Source: an uncultured Chloroflexia bacterium (GTDB lineage Bacteria; Chloroflexota; Limnocylindria; Limnocylindrales; CSP1-4). Taken from it: a DNA stretch of 64,000 bases. Of this stretch, positions 10,720 to 20,204 are shown in pieces. Both the position numbers and the translations under genes were made by a program. The DNA is taken from NCBI GenBank assembly GCA_963831715.1, contig CAWHRB010000001.1, positions 640,306-704,305 on the forward strand, in the 5' to 3' direction. Numbering within the stretch: the first letter of the stretch is position 1; every line of letters begins with the position of its first letter. Below the pieces are notes generated by a model, which ran no database searches, had not been told where the DNA came from, and was given only the letters and a program-made list of their open reading frames with translations.

Positions 10720-11046
10720 TCAGCCGGTCAGGTCGTCGGCGTCCTCGAGGACCAGCAGCGTCGCGAGTCCCGGCGCGATCTCGCGCAGGCTGCGGCCGGC
10801 AGCACGCATCGCATCCGACGCCAGCCCGGCGTCGAGGGCCGGGCGGTCATCGAAGTGCATCGCCGCGACCATCACGAGTTCGGTCTCGCCCCCGAGGGCC
10901 TCGGAGACGCGGCGGACCTCCGTCGAGCGGAGCCCCGGCGTCCCTGCGACCAGCGGCAGGTGCTCCGCGGCGTATCGCCGCTCGAACTCGGCGAGGGCCG
11001 GTTCGCCACCCTCGGGGCGGCGGTACAAGGCGAGCAGCGTCGTCAT
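10720..11046 (-). CDS. Small EthD/Dabb-like protein
   Basis: 108 aa, resembles EthD family; weak. Confidence 0.35.
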   Translation of the reverse strand: MTTLLALYRRPEGGEPALAEFERRYAAEHLPLVAGTPGLRSTEVRRVSEALGGETELVMVAAMHFDDRPALDAGLASDAMRAAGRSLREIAPGLATLLVLEDADDLTG

Positions 11047-11848
11047 GTCGGGACCTCCGTGGTCGGTGACTCGTGGGCGCGAGCGCGCGCGATGGACTCG
11101 GTCGATCTGTAGAAGTCGGTGAGGGCGGCTTCGAGGACGGGCAGGTGGTCGACCAGCGGATCATGGCCGACGTCGGGCAGTACGAGGAGCCGGCCATCCT
11201 GGACCTGGCGCGCCAGAGCCGCGGCCTGCTGGATCGGCACGAACGGGTCGCGGTCACCGGCCACCGCCAGCGTCGGCGCATCGATCGCCCGCAGGTCACG
11301 TGACGTGAGCAGTGGTTGCGCGGCGATGTCCGCCACGATCGCGTCCAGCAGGCGCCGCCAGCTGCCCGGCCCGTGCGCGGGGTCGTGCCGGGCGGCCAGG
11401 CGGGCGGCCCAGCCGGGGTCGTCCCGCTCGATCGTTTCCGGATCCATGAGCGCGCGGCCGACGGAGAGGCGCGGCTCGCGCTCGGTGCCGATGCTGATCG
11501 CCACGAGCGTCCGGATCCGATCAGGGAAGCGCGCGGCGTAGTGGAGCGCGGTCATCCCGCCCATGGAGTACCCGAGCAGGTGGAACGTGGTGAGCCCGAC
11601 CGCATCGACGAACGCGTCGAGATCGGCCACGAGGTCGGCGGTCGACCAGCTCTCGCCCGGATCCCAGGCCGTCCCACCATGACCGCAAGCGTCCGGCATG
11701 TAGCACCAGAACGCCTGCGTCAGCACCGGCCGCAGTCCTTCGAAGTGGTCGCCGCCGCTGCCGGTCGCACCATGCAGCAGCACCAGCGGCGGTCCGGCGC
11801 CATCGACCTCGTACGCGGTCGCCCGTCCGTCGGCTTCGATCGTCGGCA
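11043..11848 (-). CDS. Alpha/beta-fold hydrolase
   Basis: HGATGSGGDHF, nucleophile elbow GYSMGG, catalytic His near C-terminus; start at MPTIEADG inside longer ORF. Confidence 0.75.
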
Positions 11849-11883
11849 TCGGGTCGGATGCTAGCCCAGCTATCCTCCGGCGG

Positions 11884-12798
11884 ATGCTCACCCATCGACC
11901 GGCGGCGGATGTCGAGGACCTCTCGACCGCGGCCGGCCTGATGTCCGCCGCGTGGCAAGCCGACGCCCCGCACGTCGCCGAGACGCCAGCGGCGATCGAG
12001 TGGTGGTACACGGTGACGTACCCGGATCCGCTCGGCGACCACCTCCGGCTGTGGTTCGACGACGGTCGACCGGTGGCCTGGACGTGGCACGAACCGCCGG
12101 AGCTCGAGTGCCACGTCTGGACGGGCGATGCACACACCGACGCGCTGCTCTTCGCGGCGATCATCCACGCGGTCGACGCCGACGCAGGCGAGGGCGAGCT
12201 GGCGGCGTTCGCGGCAGATGCCGATGCCGCGGCGATCGACGTCCTGCGCGAACGTGGCTTCGAGCCCGCCGGTCGCGTCCTGACGCAGTGGCAGCGTCGG
12301 GTCGATGACGGCGACCTCCGGCGCGTGGTGATGCCGGACGGCTATCGGATCCGCGGGCTCCGCGGGCCGGACGAATTCCCAGCCCGCGTCGACGTGCACC
12401 GCGCGGCGTTCCCGACGTCGCGCCTGACGGCCGAGAAGTACGAGCGACTCCTGACCATGCCGCACTATCGGTTCGACGACGACCTCGTCGTCGAGGCGCC
12501 GGACGGGTCGCTGGCCGCCTTCGCCCTGACCTGGTACGACGCGGTCGGGCGGGTCGGCGAACTCGAGCCGGTCGGGACGCATCCGGACCATCAGCGGCAG
12601 GGCTTGTCGCGGGCGATCGTCACGGCCGGGGTCAGCCGATTGTTCGAGCGCGGCGCACGGACGGTGCAGGTCTACTCCGATGCCACTGAAGCGCCGGCCG
12701 AGGCGCTCTACGCGGCGGTGGGCTTCCGCCGCCGGGCGATCCATCGCCGGTACACCATCCGATCGCCGCGTCCCGCGGACGCTACGATCGACGCATGA
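11884..12798 (+). CDS. GNAT family N-acetyltransferase
   Basis: Acetyl-CoA binding motif QRQGLSRAIV…; ATGA overlap with next gene. Confidence 0.7.
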   Translation: MLTHRPAADVEDLSTAAGLMSAAWQADAPHVAETPAAIEWWYTVTYPDPLGDHLRLWFDDGRPVAWTWHEPPELECHVWTGDAHTDALLFAAIIHAVDADAGEGELAAFAADADAAAIDVLRERGFEPAGRVLTQWQRRVDDGDLRRVVMPDGYRIRGLRGPDEFPARVDVHRAAFPTSRLTAEKYERLLTMPHYRFDDDLVVEAPDGSLAAFALTWYDAVGRVGELEPVGTHPDHQRQGLSRAIVTAGVSRLFERGARTVQVYSDATEAPAEALYAAVGFRRRAIHRRYTIRSPRPADATIDA

Positions 12799-14204
12799 CC
12801 GACGATCGCGAGGGGTCCCGCATCGAACGCGATTCGATGGGCGAGATGGCCGTCCCCGCCGACGCCCTGTACGGGGCGTCGACCCAACGGGCCGTCCTCA
12901 ACTTCCCGATCTCCGGCCAGCGCTTCCCGCGCCGGTTCATCCGGGCGCTTGCGCTGATCAAGCTGGCTGCGGCGGACACCAACGGCGAGCTCGGTCTCCT
13001 CGACGCCGGGGTCGCGCGGGCGATCGCCGCCGCCGCCGCGACCGTCGCGGACGGCGACCACGACGACCAGTTCCCGATCGATATCTACCAGACGGGATCG
13101 GGCACCTCGACCAACACGAACATGAACGAGGTCGTGGCCCACCTCGCGACTGCCCGGCTCGGCTCGGATCGGCGCGTCCATCCCAACGACGACGTCAATC
13201 GCTGTCAGAGCTCCAACGACGACATCCCGACCGCGCTCCAGCTCAGCGCCGCGCTGGCGATCGAGGAGGCGCTCATCCCGGCGTTGGTCCACCTCCAGCA
13301 GGCTCTCGCCGCGAAGGCCGAGGAGTTCTGGCCTGTCGTCAAGACCGGTCGGACCCATCTCCAGGACGCGACGCCGATCCGGCTCGGCCAGGAGTTCCAG
13401 GGCTATGCCGGCCAGATCGAGGAGGCGATCCGGCGGGTGCAGGGGGCACGAGACGAGCTGCTCACGGTGCCACTCGGCGGGACGGCGGTCGGAACCGGCA
13501 TCAACGCCCATCCCGAGTTCGCCGCCCGAACGTGTGCCCGGCTCACCGAACTGCTGACACTGCCCGTCCGTGAAGCCCCGAACCACTTCCACGCGCAGGC
13601 CACGCTCGACGTCCCGGTGGCGGCGCACGGTGCCATCCGGACGACCGCGCTCGGCCTGTGGAAGATCGCGTCGGACATCCGGCTGATGGGGATGGGTCCG
13701 CGCGCGGGGATCGGGGAGCTGGCACTGCCCGAGACACAGCCCGGCTCGTCGATCATGCCCGGCAAGGTGAACCCAGTGATCATCGAGAGCCTGACGATGG
13801 TCACGGCCCGCGTCGTCGGCAACGACACCACGATCGCGTTCGCCCAGACCGGCTCGCTCCTGGAGCTCAACGTGATGCTGCCGGTGACGGCCGTAGCGCT
13901 GCTCGAATCGATCGAGCTGCTCGCCGCCGCGGCGAGGAACTTCGCCGACCGGACGGTCAGCGGACTCTCGGCGACGGATCGCGGCCCCGCGCTGGTCGAG
14001 CAGGGGCTGATGCTGGCGACCGCGCTCGCGCCGGTGATCGGCTACGACGAGGCGGCGGCCCTGGCCAAGGAAGCGCTCAAGACGGGTCGGACGATCCGCG
14101 AGCTGGCGCTCGAGCGGGGCATGGCCGCCGACGATCTCGATCGTCTGCTAGACCCGGCCTCGATGACCGAGCCTGGTCTCGGGAGTGGCTCGGCCGGCGG
14201 CTGA
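12795..14204 (+). CDS. Class II fumarate hydratase / aspartate ammonia-lyase family enzyme
   Basis: GSSIMPGKVNP signature, QTGSGTSTNTNMNEV; features of both FumC and AspA, so exact activity unresolved. Confidence 0.8.
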   Translation: MTDDREGSRIERDSMGEMAVPADALYGASTQRAVLNFPISGQRFPRRFIRALALIKLAAADTNGELGLLDAGVARAIAAAAATVADGDHDDQFPIDIYQTGSGTSTNTNMNEVVAHLATARLGSDRRVHPNDDVNRCQSSNDDIPTALQLSAALAIEEALIPALVHLQQALAAKAEEFWPVVKTGRTHLQDATPIRLGQEFQGYAGQIEEAIRRVQGARDELLTVPLGGTAVGTGINAHPEFAARTCARLTELLTLPVREAPNHFHAQATLDVPVAAHGAIRTTALGLWKIASDIRLMGMGPRAGIGELALPETQPGSSIMPGKVNPVIIESLTMVTARVVGNDTTIAFAQTGSLLELNVMLPVTAVALLESIELLAAAARNFADRTVSGLSATDRGPALVEQGLMLATALAPVIGYDEAAALAKEALKTGRTIRELALERGMAADDLDRLLDPASMTEPGLGSGSAGG

Positions 14205-14207
14205 TCC

Positions 14208-15612
14208 TTACGGCGCTTGATCCAGCAGGCGTTCCGCGGCGTCGATCCCCGACAACCACGCTCCGTGGACCGTCGATGGGAAGCGCAGGCTGGTCGCCTC
14301 GCCGGCCAGCGTCAGCCGAGGGCCGAGCGGTTCGGCGAGTGCGGCCCGGTCCTCCGGCGACGACCCGACCGCCAGGAAGGAATAGGCGCCCCGGGCAAGC
14401 AGATCGAGCCCCCAGCGCGTGACCACCGTGGCCGACGGACGTTGGTTCGACTCGGCGACCACGGCGCGATAGGCGGTGAGTGCCTCGCTGACGACGGCGT
14501 CGTCATCGAGCCCCTCCAGACGCCGTGCCTCGGCCCCCGTCGCGAACCCGACGACGATCGGCTCTCCTGTGACCGGTTGGAGGTCGACCCACTCGCGGAA
14601 CGTCGGCTCACCGACTCGACCGAGCCAGTCGGCGCCACCCGGGAAATCACGCTCGGGAAAGCGCAACGCGACCTTCAGGAAGCTGCCCATGCCGAGCCTC
14701 CCGATCGCGTCGGCGACCGCCCCCGGCAGGGCGGGCCGGAACGTGACGTCGCCGGCCTTCAGGACGCCCAGCGGGAGCGTGACGATCGCCCGATCCGCGG
14801 ACATCCGCCCGCCGTCGGTCGTCACCTCGACTTTCGCATCCGTCGCCTCGATCGACATCACCCGCTGTCCGAGGCGGATGTCGAGCGTGGCGGCGATCGG
14901 GTCGAGGACGGAGCGATAGCCGCCGTCGAGCATGACCCAAAGGCCCTCGAGCGAATCGCCATCGAGCAGCGTTCGGACCGAAAGCTCGGTCAGGTCGGCG
15001 GCGTGGTCGGCGCCGATCTCGACGTCGGCCGCCCAGCGGAGGTATCGGTCGAGGAGCGCTGAAATCGACGTCGGTCGGGGCCGGGCCGGCAGCCTGGGTC
15101 GCGCGCGCCAGGGTGGCCGCCACGGGTTCGTCGGCAGGATCGGATCCGGCGTGCCGTGTGGCGTCGCCCAGGATGGCCTGGTACCTGGTCCACAGCGGCT
15201 CCTCGTCACGCCAGGGCATGCGTCGCCCATCCTCGTCGTACGTCGCGAACCGGTCGAACGAGGTCCGCGTGAACCGGGTACCGGCCGCTCGAGCGAGCGG
15301 CACGAGCGGGTTGCCGGTGGTGCCGTGGATCCATGACGCGCCGAGATCGAGCGGAGGGCCCAGCACGTCCGACGTCCAGGCACGTCCGCCGATCCGGTCG
15401 CGCGCCTCGAGAACCGTGACGGTCTGCCCGGCCTCGGTCAGGCGGCGTGCCGCCCCAAGACCGGCCGCGCCGGCGCCGATCACGAGCGACGTGCCGGGGA
15501 CGGGATCCTGTCTCCGTGGCGCCGCGCATCCCGCGAGGGCGAGCGCGCCCGAGCCCAGGACCGCTGCGCACAGGAACGAACGTCGGTCCAGCGTGACGTG
15601 CGAGCGGGACGT
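14208..15612 (-). pseudogene. Tat-signal lipoprotein flavin-containing amine oxidase (MAO family), frameshift ~15060-15100
   Basis: TTG/ATG start with MTSRSHVTLDRRSFL…ALAGC (Tat + lipobox), VIGAGAAGLGAARRLTEAGQTVTVLEARDRIGGR, C-terminal half (…VTLPLGVLKAG…) in another frame; possibly sequencing error. Confidence 0.6.
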
Positions 15613-16304
15613 CAAGCCCGCCTCGGTGGCAGCGAGGGCACGACCGCGGAGATGGCGAGGGCGATCCAGGCGCCGCCGGCGACGGCCCATGCGAGCGGGG
15701 TCGGCAGGAGCATGACGGCCCCGGCGATGAGCACGATCTCCCCGATCGGGTGATCCCGGGCGCTCCAGCGGACGAGGCCCACCGCGACCGTGGCGATCGC
15801 CGCCAGGGACTGGCACGCGCCGGTGATGGCGCCATACGGGCCGCCGATGGCGGCGACCAGCAGCGCCGCGATCCACAGGCCATACGCGGCGAGGGCCATG
15901 AGCAGGGCGCCATCCGTGCCGCGAGGCGGCTCGAGCCCCGAGCGCCGAGCCACGGCGATCACGACCACGGCCATCGCGAACGCGCCCACGATGCCGATGG
16001 GGATGGTCTCGAGAAGGAAGCCCGGCCAGTCGGGCGCCGTGGGCTGGAGGGCACTCGCCAACCCGCAGACGATCAATGCGGCGCCACCTACGATCGCGGC
16101 GACCCATGGCACCCGCCTTGGTGTGCGGGGATGCAGCCGGGCGTCGAGTGCTCCACGGGCGAGATCCATCCGCATCCGGCGATCGAGCGGCCGCGCCTCG
16201 AGGAGGGCGCGCATCTCCGGCTCGTACCGGTCGCGCCAGTCTCGTGGATACAGCCGCAACCAGCCGGCGCCGTTGATGCCCTTCGCTCGATCCCTCAGAC
16301 GCAT
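15612..16304 (-). CDS. Polytopic membrane protein with N-terminal PadR-partner-like cytoplasmic motif (WLRLYPRDWRDRYEPEM)
   Basis: 4-5 predicted TM helices; N-terminal motif common in membrane proteins encoded downstream of PadR regulators. Confidence 0.5.
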   Translation of the reverse strand: MRLRDRAKGINGAGWLRLYPRDWRDRYEPEMRALLEARPLDRRMRMDLARGALDARLHPRTPRRVPWVAAIVGGAALIVCGLASALQPTAPDWPGFLLETIPIGIVGAFAMAVVVIAVARRSGLEPPRGTDGALLMALAAYGLWIAALLVAAIGGPYGAITGACQSLAAIATVAVGLVRWSARDHPIGEIVLIAGAVMLLPTPLAWAVAGGAWIALAISAVVPSLPPRRA

Positions 16305-16954
16305 CCGTTCTCGACCAGCGGCAGGATCACCCCCGGCTGGCCGAGCGCGACGGGCAACGGCCCGAGGGTGACGGTGCTTGTGTCGACGAACAGTACTCCG
16401 CGCTCATCGACGCGCACGGCGAACCGATCCATGCCTCGCTCCGCCGGGCCGTAGCGCAAGCCGTCGACCTTGATGCCGAGGCGGTCGTAGCGCGACTGGT
16501 GGCACGGGCAACGCATCCAGAAGTCCTCGAGGCACGGGTTCGGGCGGCACCCCAGGTGCGGGCAGATCTGCGACAGGGCACGCACGTTGAGCGCCCGTCC
16601 ATCACCCGTGGGGTCCTCGCCCGGCGACCAGCCACCGCGAGCCGGATCGACGATGACGATAAAACCCTTGGCAGCGGCCACGTACGCCGGAAAGCCTTCT
16701 CCAAACGGCAATGCCGCGTTCGCGGCGAGCAGCTCCGGGTACGTCCCGACCCGAACGACACCGGTGGCATTCCGGCCCGCCGACCAGGCAAAGCCGGCCG
16801 TGCCCGCGAGGGCCTCGATCGCCCACAGCCCGACCGCCGTCCCGAGGGCACGCCGCAGGAGCGTCCGCCGCGACAACCCGGCTGTGACCGCGTCTCGCCT
16901 GGCCCGGATGGCGGGGCCGGCGATGGTCGTGCTCGGCACCGGCTCGTGACTCAC
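16295..16954 (-). CDS. Tat-exported Rieske [2Fe-2S] protein
   Basis: SRRTLLRRALGTAVGL (Tat motif + TM), CPHLGC…CPCHQS Rieske boxes; GTG start overlaps PadR TGA. Confidence 0.75.
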   Translation of the reverse strand: MSHEPVPSTTIAGPAIRARRDAVTAGLSRRTLLRRALGTAVGLWAIEALAGTAGFAWSAGRNATGVVRVGTYPELLAANAALPFGEGFPAYVAAAKGFIVIVDPARGGWSPGEDPTGDGRALNVRALSQICPHLGCRPNPCLEDFWMRCPCHQSRYDRLGIKVDGLRYGPAERGMDRFAVRVDERGVLFVDTSTVTLGPLPVALGQPGVILPLVENGCV

Positions 16955-17274
16955 GGCTCCGTGCGACCCAGACGTCGCAGGGCGGTCCTGGTGAAGCCGC
17001 GCATGCTCTCGAGTTGCGCCCGGAGGGTCGTCGCCCCGAGCGTCGTGAGGCGATACGGCCGGCGCCGGTCCACCGGCTCGAGTGCTTCGATGAGGCCGCG
17101 CCCCTCGAGCCGCGCGAGCGCCGCATACAGCGTGCCCGGGCCGAGCGGCGACCCCGAGATGTCCTCGACATCGGTCATGATCGCGTAGCCGTGCTTGGGC
17201 CCCTCGCTGAGCGACAGCAGGATGTACAGCGACGGCTCGGCGAACCGCCCGAACTCCGGGATCCCACCCGTCAC
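16951..17274 (-). CDS. PadR family transcriptional regulator
   Basis: PadR winged-helix sequence (…SLYILLSLSEGPKHGYAIM…GTLYAALARLE…). Confidence 0.85.
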   Translation of the reverse strand: MTGGIPEFGRFAEPSLYILLSLSEGPKHGYAIMTDVEDISGSPLGPGTLYAALARLEGRGLIEALEPVDRRRPYRLTTLGATTLRAQLESMRGFTRTALRRLGRTEP

Positions 17275-17299
17275 ATCGCACCTCTGTATCGCGGACCGC

Positions 17300-17318
17300 T
17301 ATATCGCCACACGATATA
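17300..17318. promoter_or_regulatory. Palindrome TATATCG-CCACA-CGATATA upstream of padR (candidate PadR operator)
   Basis: Perfect 7-bp inverted repeat 26-44 nt upstream of padR start in the divergent intergenic region. Confidence 0.45.
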
Positions 17319-17400
17319 CTCCCCGGCTCGACGCGTGTCAAGCGCGGCAGTGGTGCCAAGGTTCGCGGGGCACGGGGCGCCACCGGTACAATCCGGCGCG

Positions 17401-18180
17401 ATGACCGATACCCGTCTTTGGGATCGCGCCGCCGTCGCCGTCGTCGCCGAGGGCAGACGGTTCCCGGCTGTCACGTCCCTACAGGCCGGCCTGCCGACCG
17501 TCGAGGAGCTCTTCGACTTCATGCGTGACGCCGAGCTGCGCTTCGCCACGTTGCGGATGCGGATCGTCGAGCGTGCGGTCACGGCGCGCGGAGAGGAAGC
17601 CACCCAACTCGACGTGATGCTCCGCCACCCTGGCCTCGCGAAGGTCACGACGAGCCGGCCCGGCGAGGAGGTCGGCGGACCCTACGAGATCTGGATCACC
17701 GACGGCGAGATCGTGCGCACCTATGTCGCGGCCCACAAGCTCGGGACGCAACGACCGATCCGCAACCGACCGCGCGGACTGGACGACCCTGACTTCCCGG
17801 GCATGTCCCGCATCTACGACCCGCTGACGCCGCTCCCGATGGAAACGCTGCCGGATACGTTCGTGCATCCGGCGGGCTTCTGCCAGAACGTGCTCTCGAC
17901 CGGCCGCAGCCGGATCACCGGGAGTGCCGCCATCGCCGGCCGAGCGACGATCCACCTCCGCTGCGACCACCCGCGGACCATCGAGCTTCCAGCCGACCGG
18001 CCCGACCACGCGATCGAGATCGACGTCGACCGCGACACGGGCGTGATCGTGCGACTGGTCCAGACCATCGGTGGCGCCGTCACCCGCGATGCCGTCGTCA
18101 GCGTGCTGGAGCCGGACGCCAAGCTCCCGCCGACAGCCTTCGAGTTCGTCTTCCCGACCGGGACGACGATGCTGTTCTAG
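17401..18180 (+). CDS. Hypothetical protein
   Basis: 259 aa from ATG 17401; no family recognised. Confidence 0.45.
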   Translation: MTDTRLWDRAAVAVVAEGRRFPAVTSLQAGLPTVEELFDFMRDAELRFATLRMRIVERAVTARGEEATQLDVMLRHPGLAKVTTSRPGEEVGGPYEIWITDGEIVRTYVAAHKLGTQRPIRNRPRGLDDPDFPGMSRIYDPLTPLPMETLPDTFVHPAGFCQNVLSTGRSRITGSAAIAGRATIHLRCDHPRTIELPADRPDHAIEIDVDRDTGVIVRLVQTIGGAVTRDAVVSVLEPDAKLPPTAFEFVFPTGTTMLF

Positions 18181-18427
18181 GACCTCGACCAGACCCCGGT
18201 CGCCACAGGCGGGACTCCCTTCCTCACGCTCGAACCGGCGCGTATAGTCGGCACAGCCGTTACCAACCCAGCGTCATCCAGGCATCCTCGCAATCCGCGC
18301 AAGGCGCACCGCAGCGACAGCCCAGCGGTAGCAGCCGACGCAGGATCGGGCCGTGGTAGGGACCCGATCAGCCGGGCGACCTCCGCCACCCCCGGACGGA
18401 GGCTCCGCTCAGGTGAGGGAGGTATCG

Positions 18428-20113
18428 ATGACCCAGGCGCGTTCGAACGACGATGTCATCCAGCAGGACATCGCCGACCTGCACAAGCTCGGCTACGCGC
18501 AGGAGCTGCTCCGCTCGATGGGCGGCTTCAGCAACTTCGCCATCAGCTTCAGCATCATCAGCATCCTGACCGGTGCGGTCATCCTGTACGACTACGGCCT
18601 GGCCTGGGCCGGCACGGCGGCCGTCCTTATCGGCTGGCCGCTGGTCACGATCTTCGTGGTCGCGATCGCCGCGTCCATGGCCGAGATCGCGTCGGCCTAT
18701 CCGACAGCCGGCGGCCTGTACTACTGGGCCAGCCGGATGAAGAACAAGGAATGGGGCTGGTGGACGGCCTGGCTGAACCTGATCGGCCAGTTCGCGATCG
18801 TCGCGGGCATCAACTACGCGGCCGCGGCATTCCTCAACGCCACACTCATCACGCCGCTCCTGAGCAACGTCGGGATCACGTACGGCAATACCACCGAGCT
18901 GATCCCCGGGTTGCTCAACGGTCAGCTGGTGACGATGGGCATCCTCATGCTCATCGAGCTCGCCCTGAATATCGCCGGCATCAACCTGGTCGCCCTGCTC
19001 AATCAGGTGAGCGTCTGGTGGCACATCGTCATCGTCGCAGCGATCGTCGTCCTGGTCTTCCTGGCTGGGAAGCCCGACGCATCGGGCCTGACGTTGTTCG
19101 CCGTCCAGCCGCAGGACGTCGCGGGGAGCTGGGCGAACAACCTCGGGTTCGTCAACTTCAACTACGGTGCCGCGATCACCTACATACCGTTGCTGGCGTT
19201 CTTCTTCTCGCTCCTCCAGGCCAACTGGACCTACACCGGATACGACGCATCGGCCCATGTGGCTGAGGAGACCGTCGGCGCCCGCGTCGCCAGTGCGTGG
19301 GGCATCTTTCTCTCCGTGGCCGTCTCCGCGGCCGTCGGCTACATCTTCCTCCTCGCCCTGACGACGCACCTGCCCGACCTATCGACGCTCTTCCCGGCAG
19401 ACCTCGCGACTGCCGACGCGGCGACGTACAGCCAGTACTACTTCGGTGGCGGTGCGGCCGTCATCGACATCCTCGTCTACAACCTCGGATCACTGGGCAA
19501 CCTGCTCTCCGCCGGCATCGCCATCGCGATGGCCTTCTGCGGGCTCTCGTCGGTCGCATCCGCCGGGCGGATGCTGTTCGCCTTCAGCCGCGACGACGGC
19601 CTGCCCGGCTCGGGTTGGCTGAAGAAGGTCTCGCGTCGGTATCGGACGCCGGCGAACTCGCTGACCGCCATCGTGATCGTCGCCTGGCTGTTCACGGTGG
19701 CCGCATTCTGGGTCGGCGCACAGGGTGGCCCCGGTGGCGGCGGCATCGCGATCGTGATCATCACCGCCATCAGCACGATCTTCCTGTACGCGGCCTACGG
19801 CGTCGTGATCTTCCTCGGGGCCACGACGCAAGGCTGGCTTTCGGAACGAGTCTGGAGCCTCGGCCGGTGGTCCAAGCCGATCGCCTGGGTCGCGGTCGCC
19901 TGGATCCTCGTGCTCCTGGTCCTGTTCTCCTTCCCGACCTCGGGCAACATCTCGTGGCCGTTCATGGTCGGGACCGTGGTGCTCCTCCTGATCTACTACT
20001 TCGGGTACGCGAAGTCTCGATTCAAGGGCCCACGATCCATGGGCGACAGCGCCGAGCTGACCGAGATCGAGCGCGAGTTCGAGCATGCGGCCGAGGAGGT
20101 CGCGACGACCTGA
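18428..20113 (+). CDS. APC-superfamily amino acid/amine permease
   Basis: 12-TM APC permease sequence; 247-nt leader upstream. Confidence 0.85.
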   Translation: MTQARSNDDVIQQDIADLHKLGYAQELLRSMGGFSNFAISFSIISILTGAVILYDYGLAWAGTAAVLIGWPLVTIFVVAIAASMAEIASAYPTAGGLYYWASRMKNKEWGWWTAWLNLIGQFAIVAGINYAAAAFLNATLITPLLSNVGITYGNTTELIPGLLNGQLVTMGILMLIELALNIAGINLVALLNQVSVWWHIVIVAAIVVLVFLAGKPDASGLTLFAVQPQDVAGSWANNLGFVNFNYGAAITYIPLLAFFFSLLQANWTYTGYDASAHVAEETVGARVASAWGIFLSVAVSAAVGYIFLLALTTHLPDLSTLFPADLATADAATYSQYYFGGGAAVIDILVYNLGSLGNLLSAGIAIAMAFCGLSSVASAGRMLFAFSRDDGLPGSGWLKKVSRRYRTPANSLTAIVIVAWLFTVAAFWVGAQGGPGGGGIAIVIITAISTIFLYAAYGVVIFLGATTQGWLSERVWSLGRWSKPIAWVAVAWILVLLVLFSFPTSGNISWPFMVGTVVLLLIYYFGYAKSRFKGPRSMGDSAELTEIEREFEHAAEEVATT

Positions 20114-20204
20114 TCCGACCCTTCACTCGACCCAGCCAGTCGGGGGCCGTCCGGTTCCGCCGGTCGGCCCCCGGATCGTCAGCGCGCAGGGACAGGGAGC
20201 GAGC

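Noticed and set aside
12795-14204. A definite call as either fumC or aspA.
   Set aside because: The sequence mixes hallmarks of both (FumC-like SGSGT and LTM, AspA-like KVNPV). It is left at family level.
18181-18427. Guanidine/ykkC-type or glycine riboswitch in the permease leader.
   Set aside because: Only loose resemblance (CCGGACGGAGG, GGGA). The conserved cores are not recognisable, so it stays an unassigned leader.
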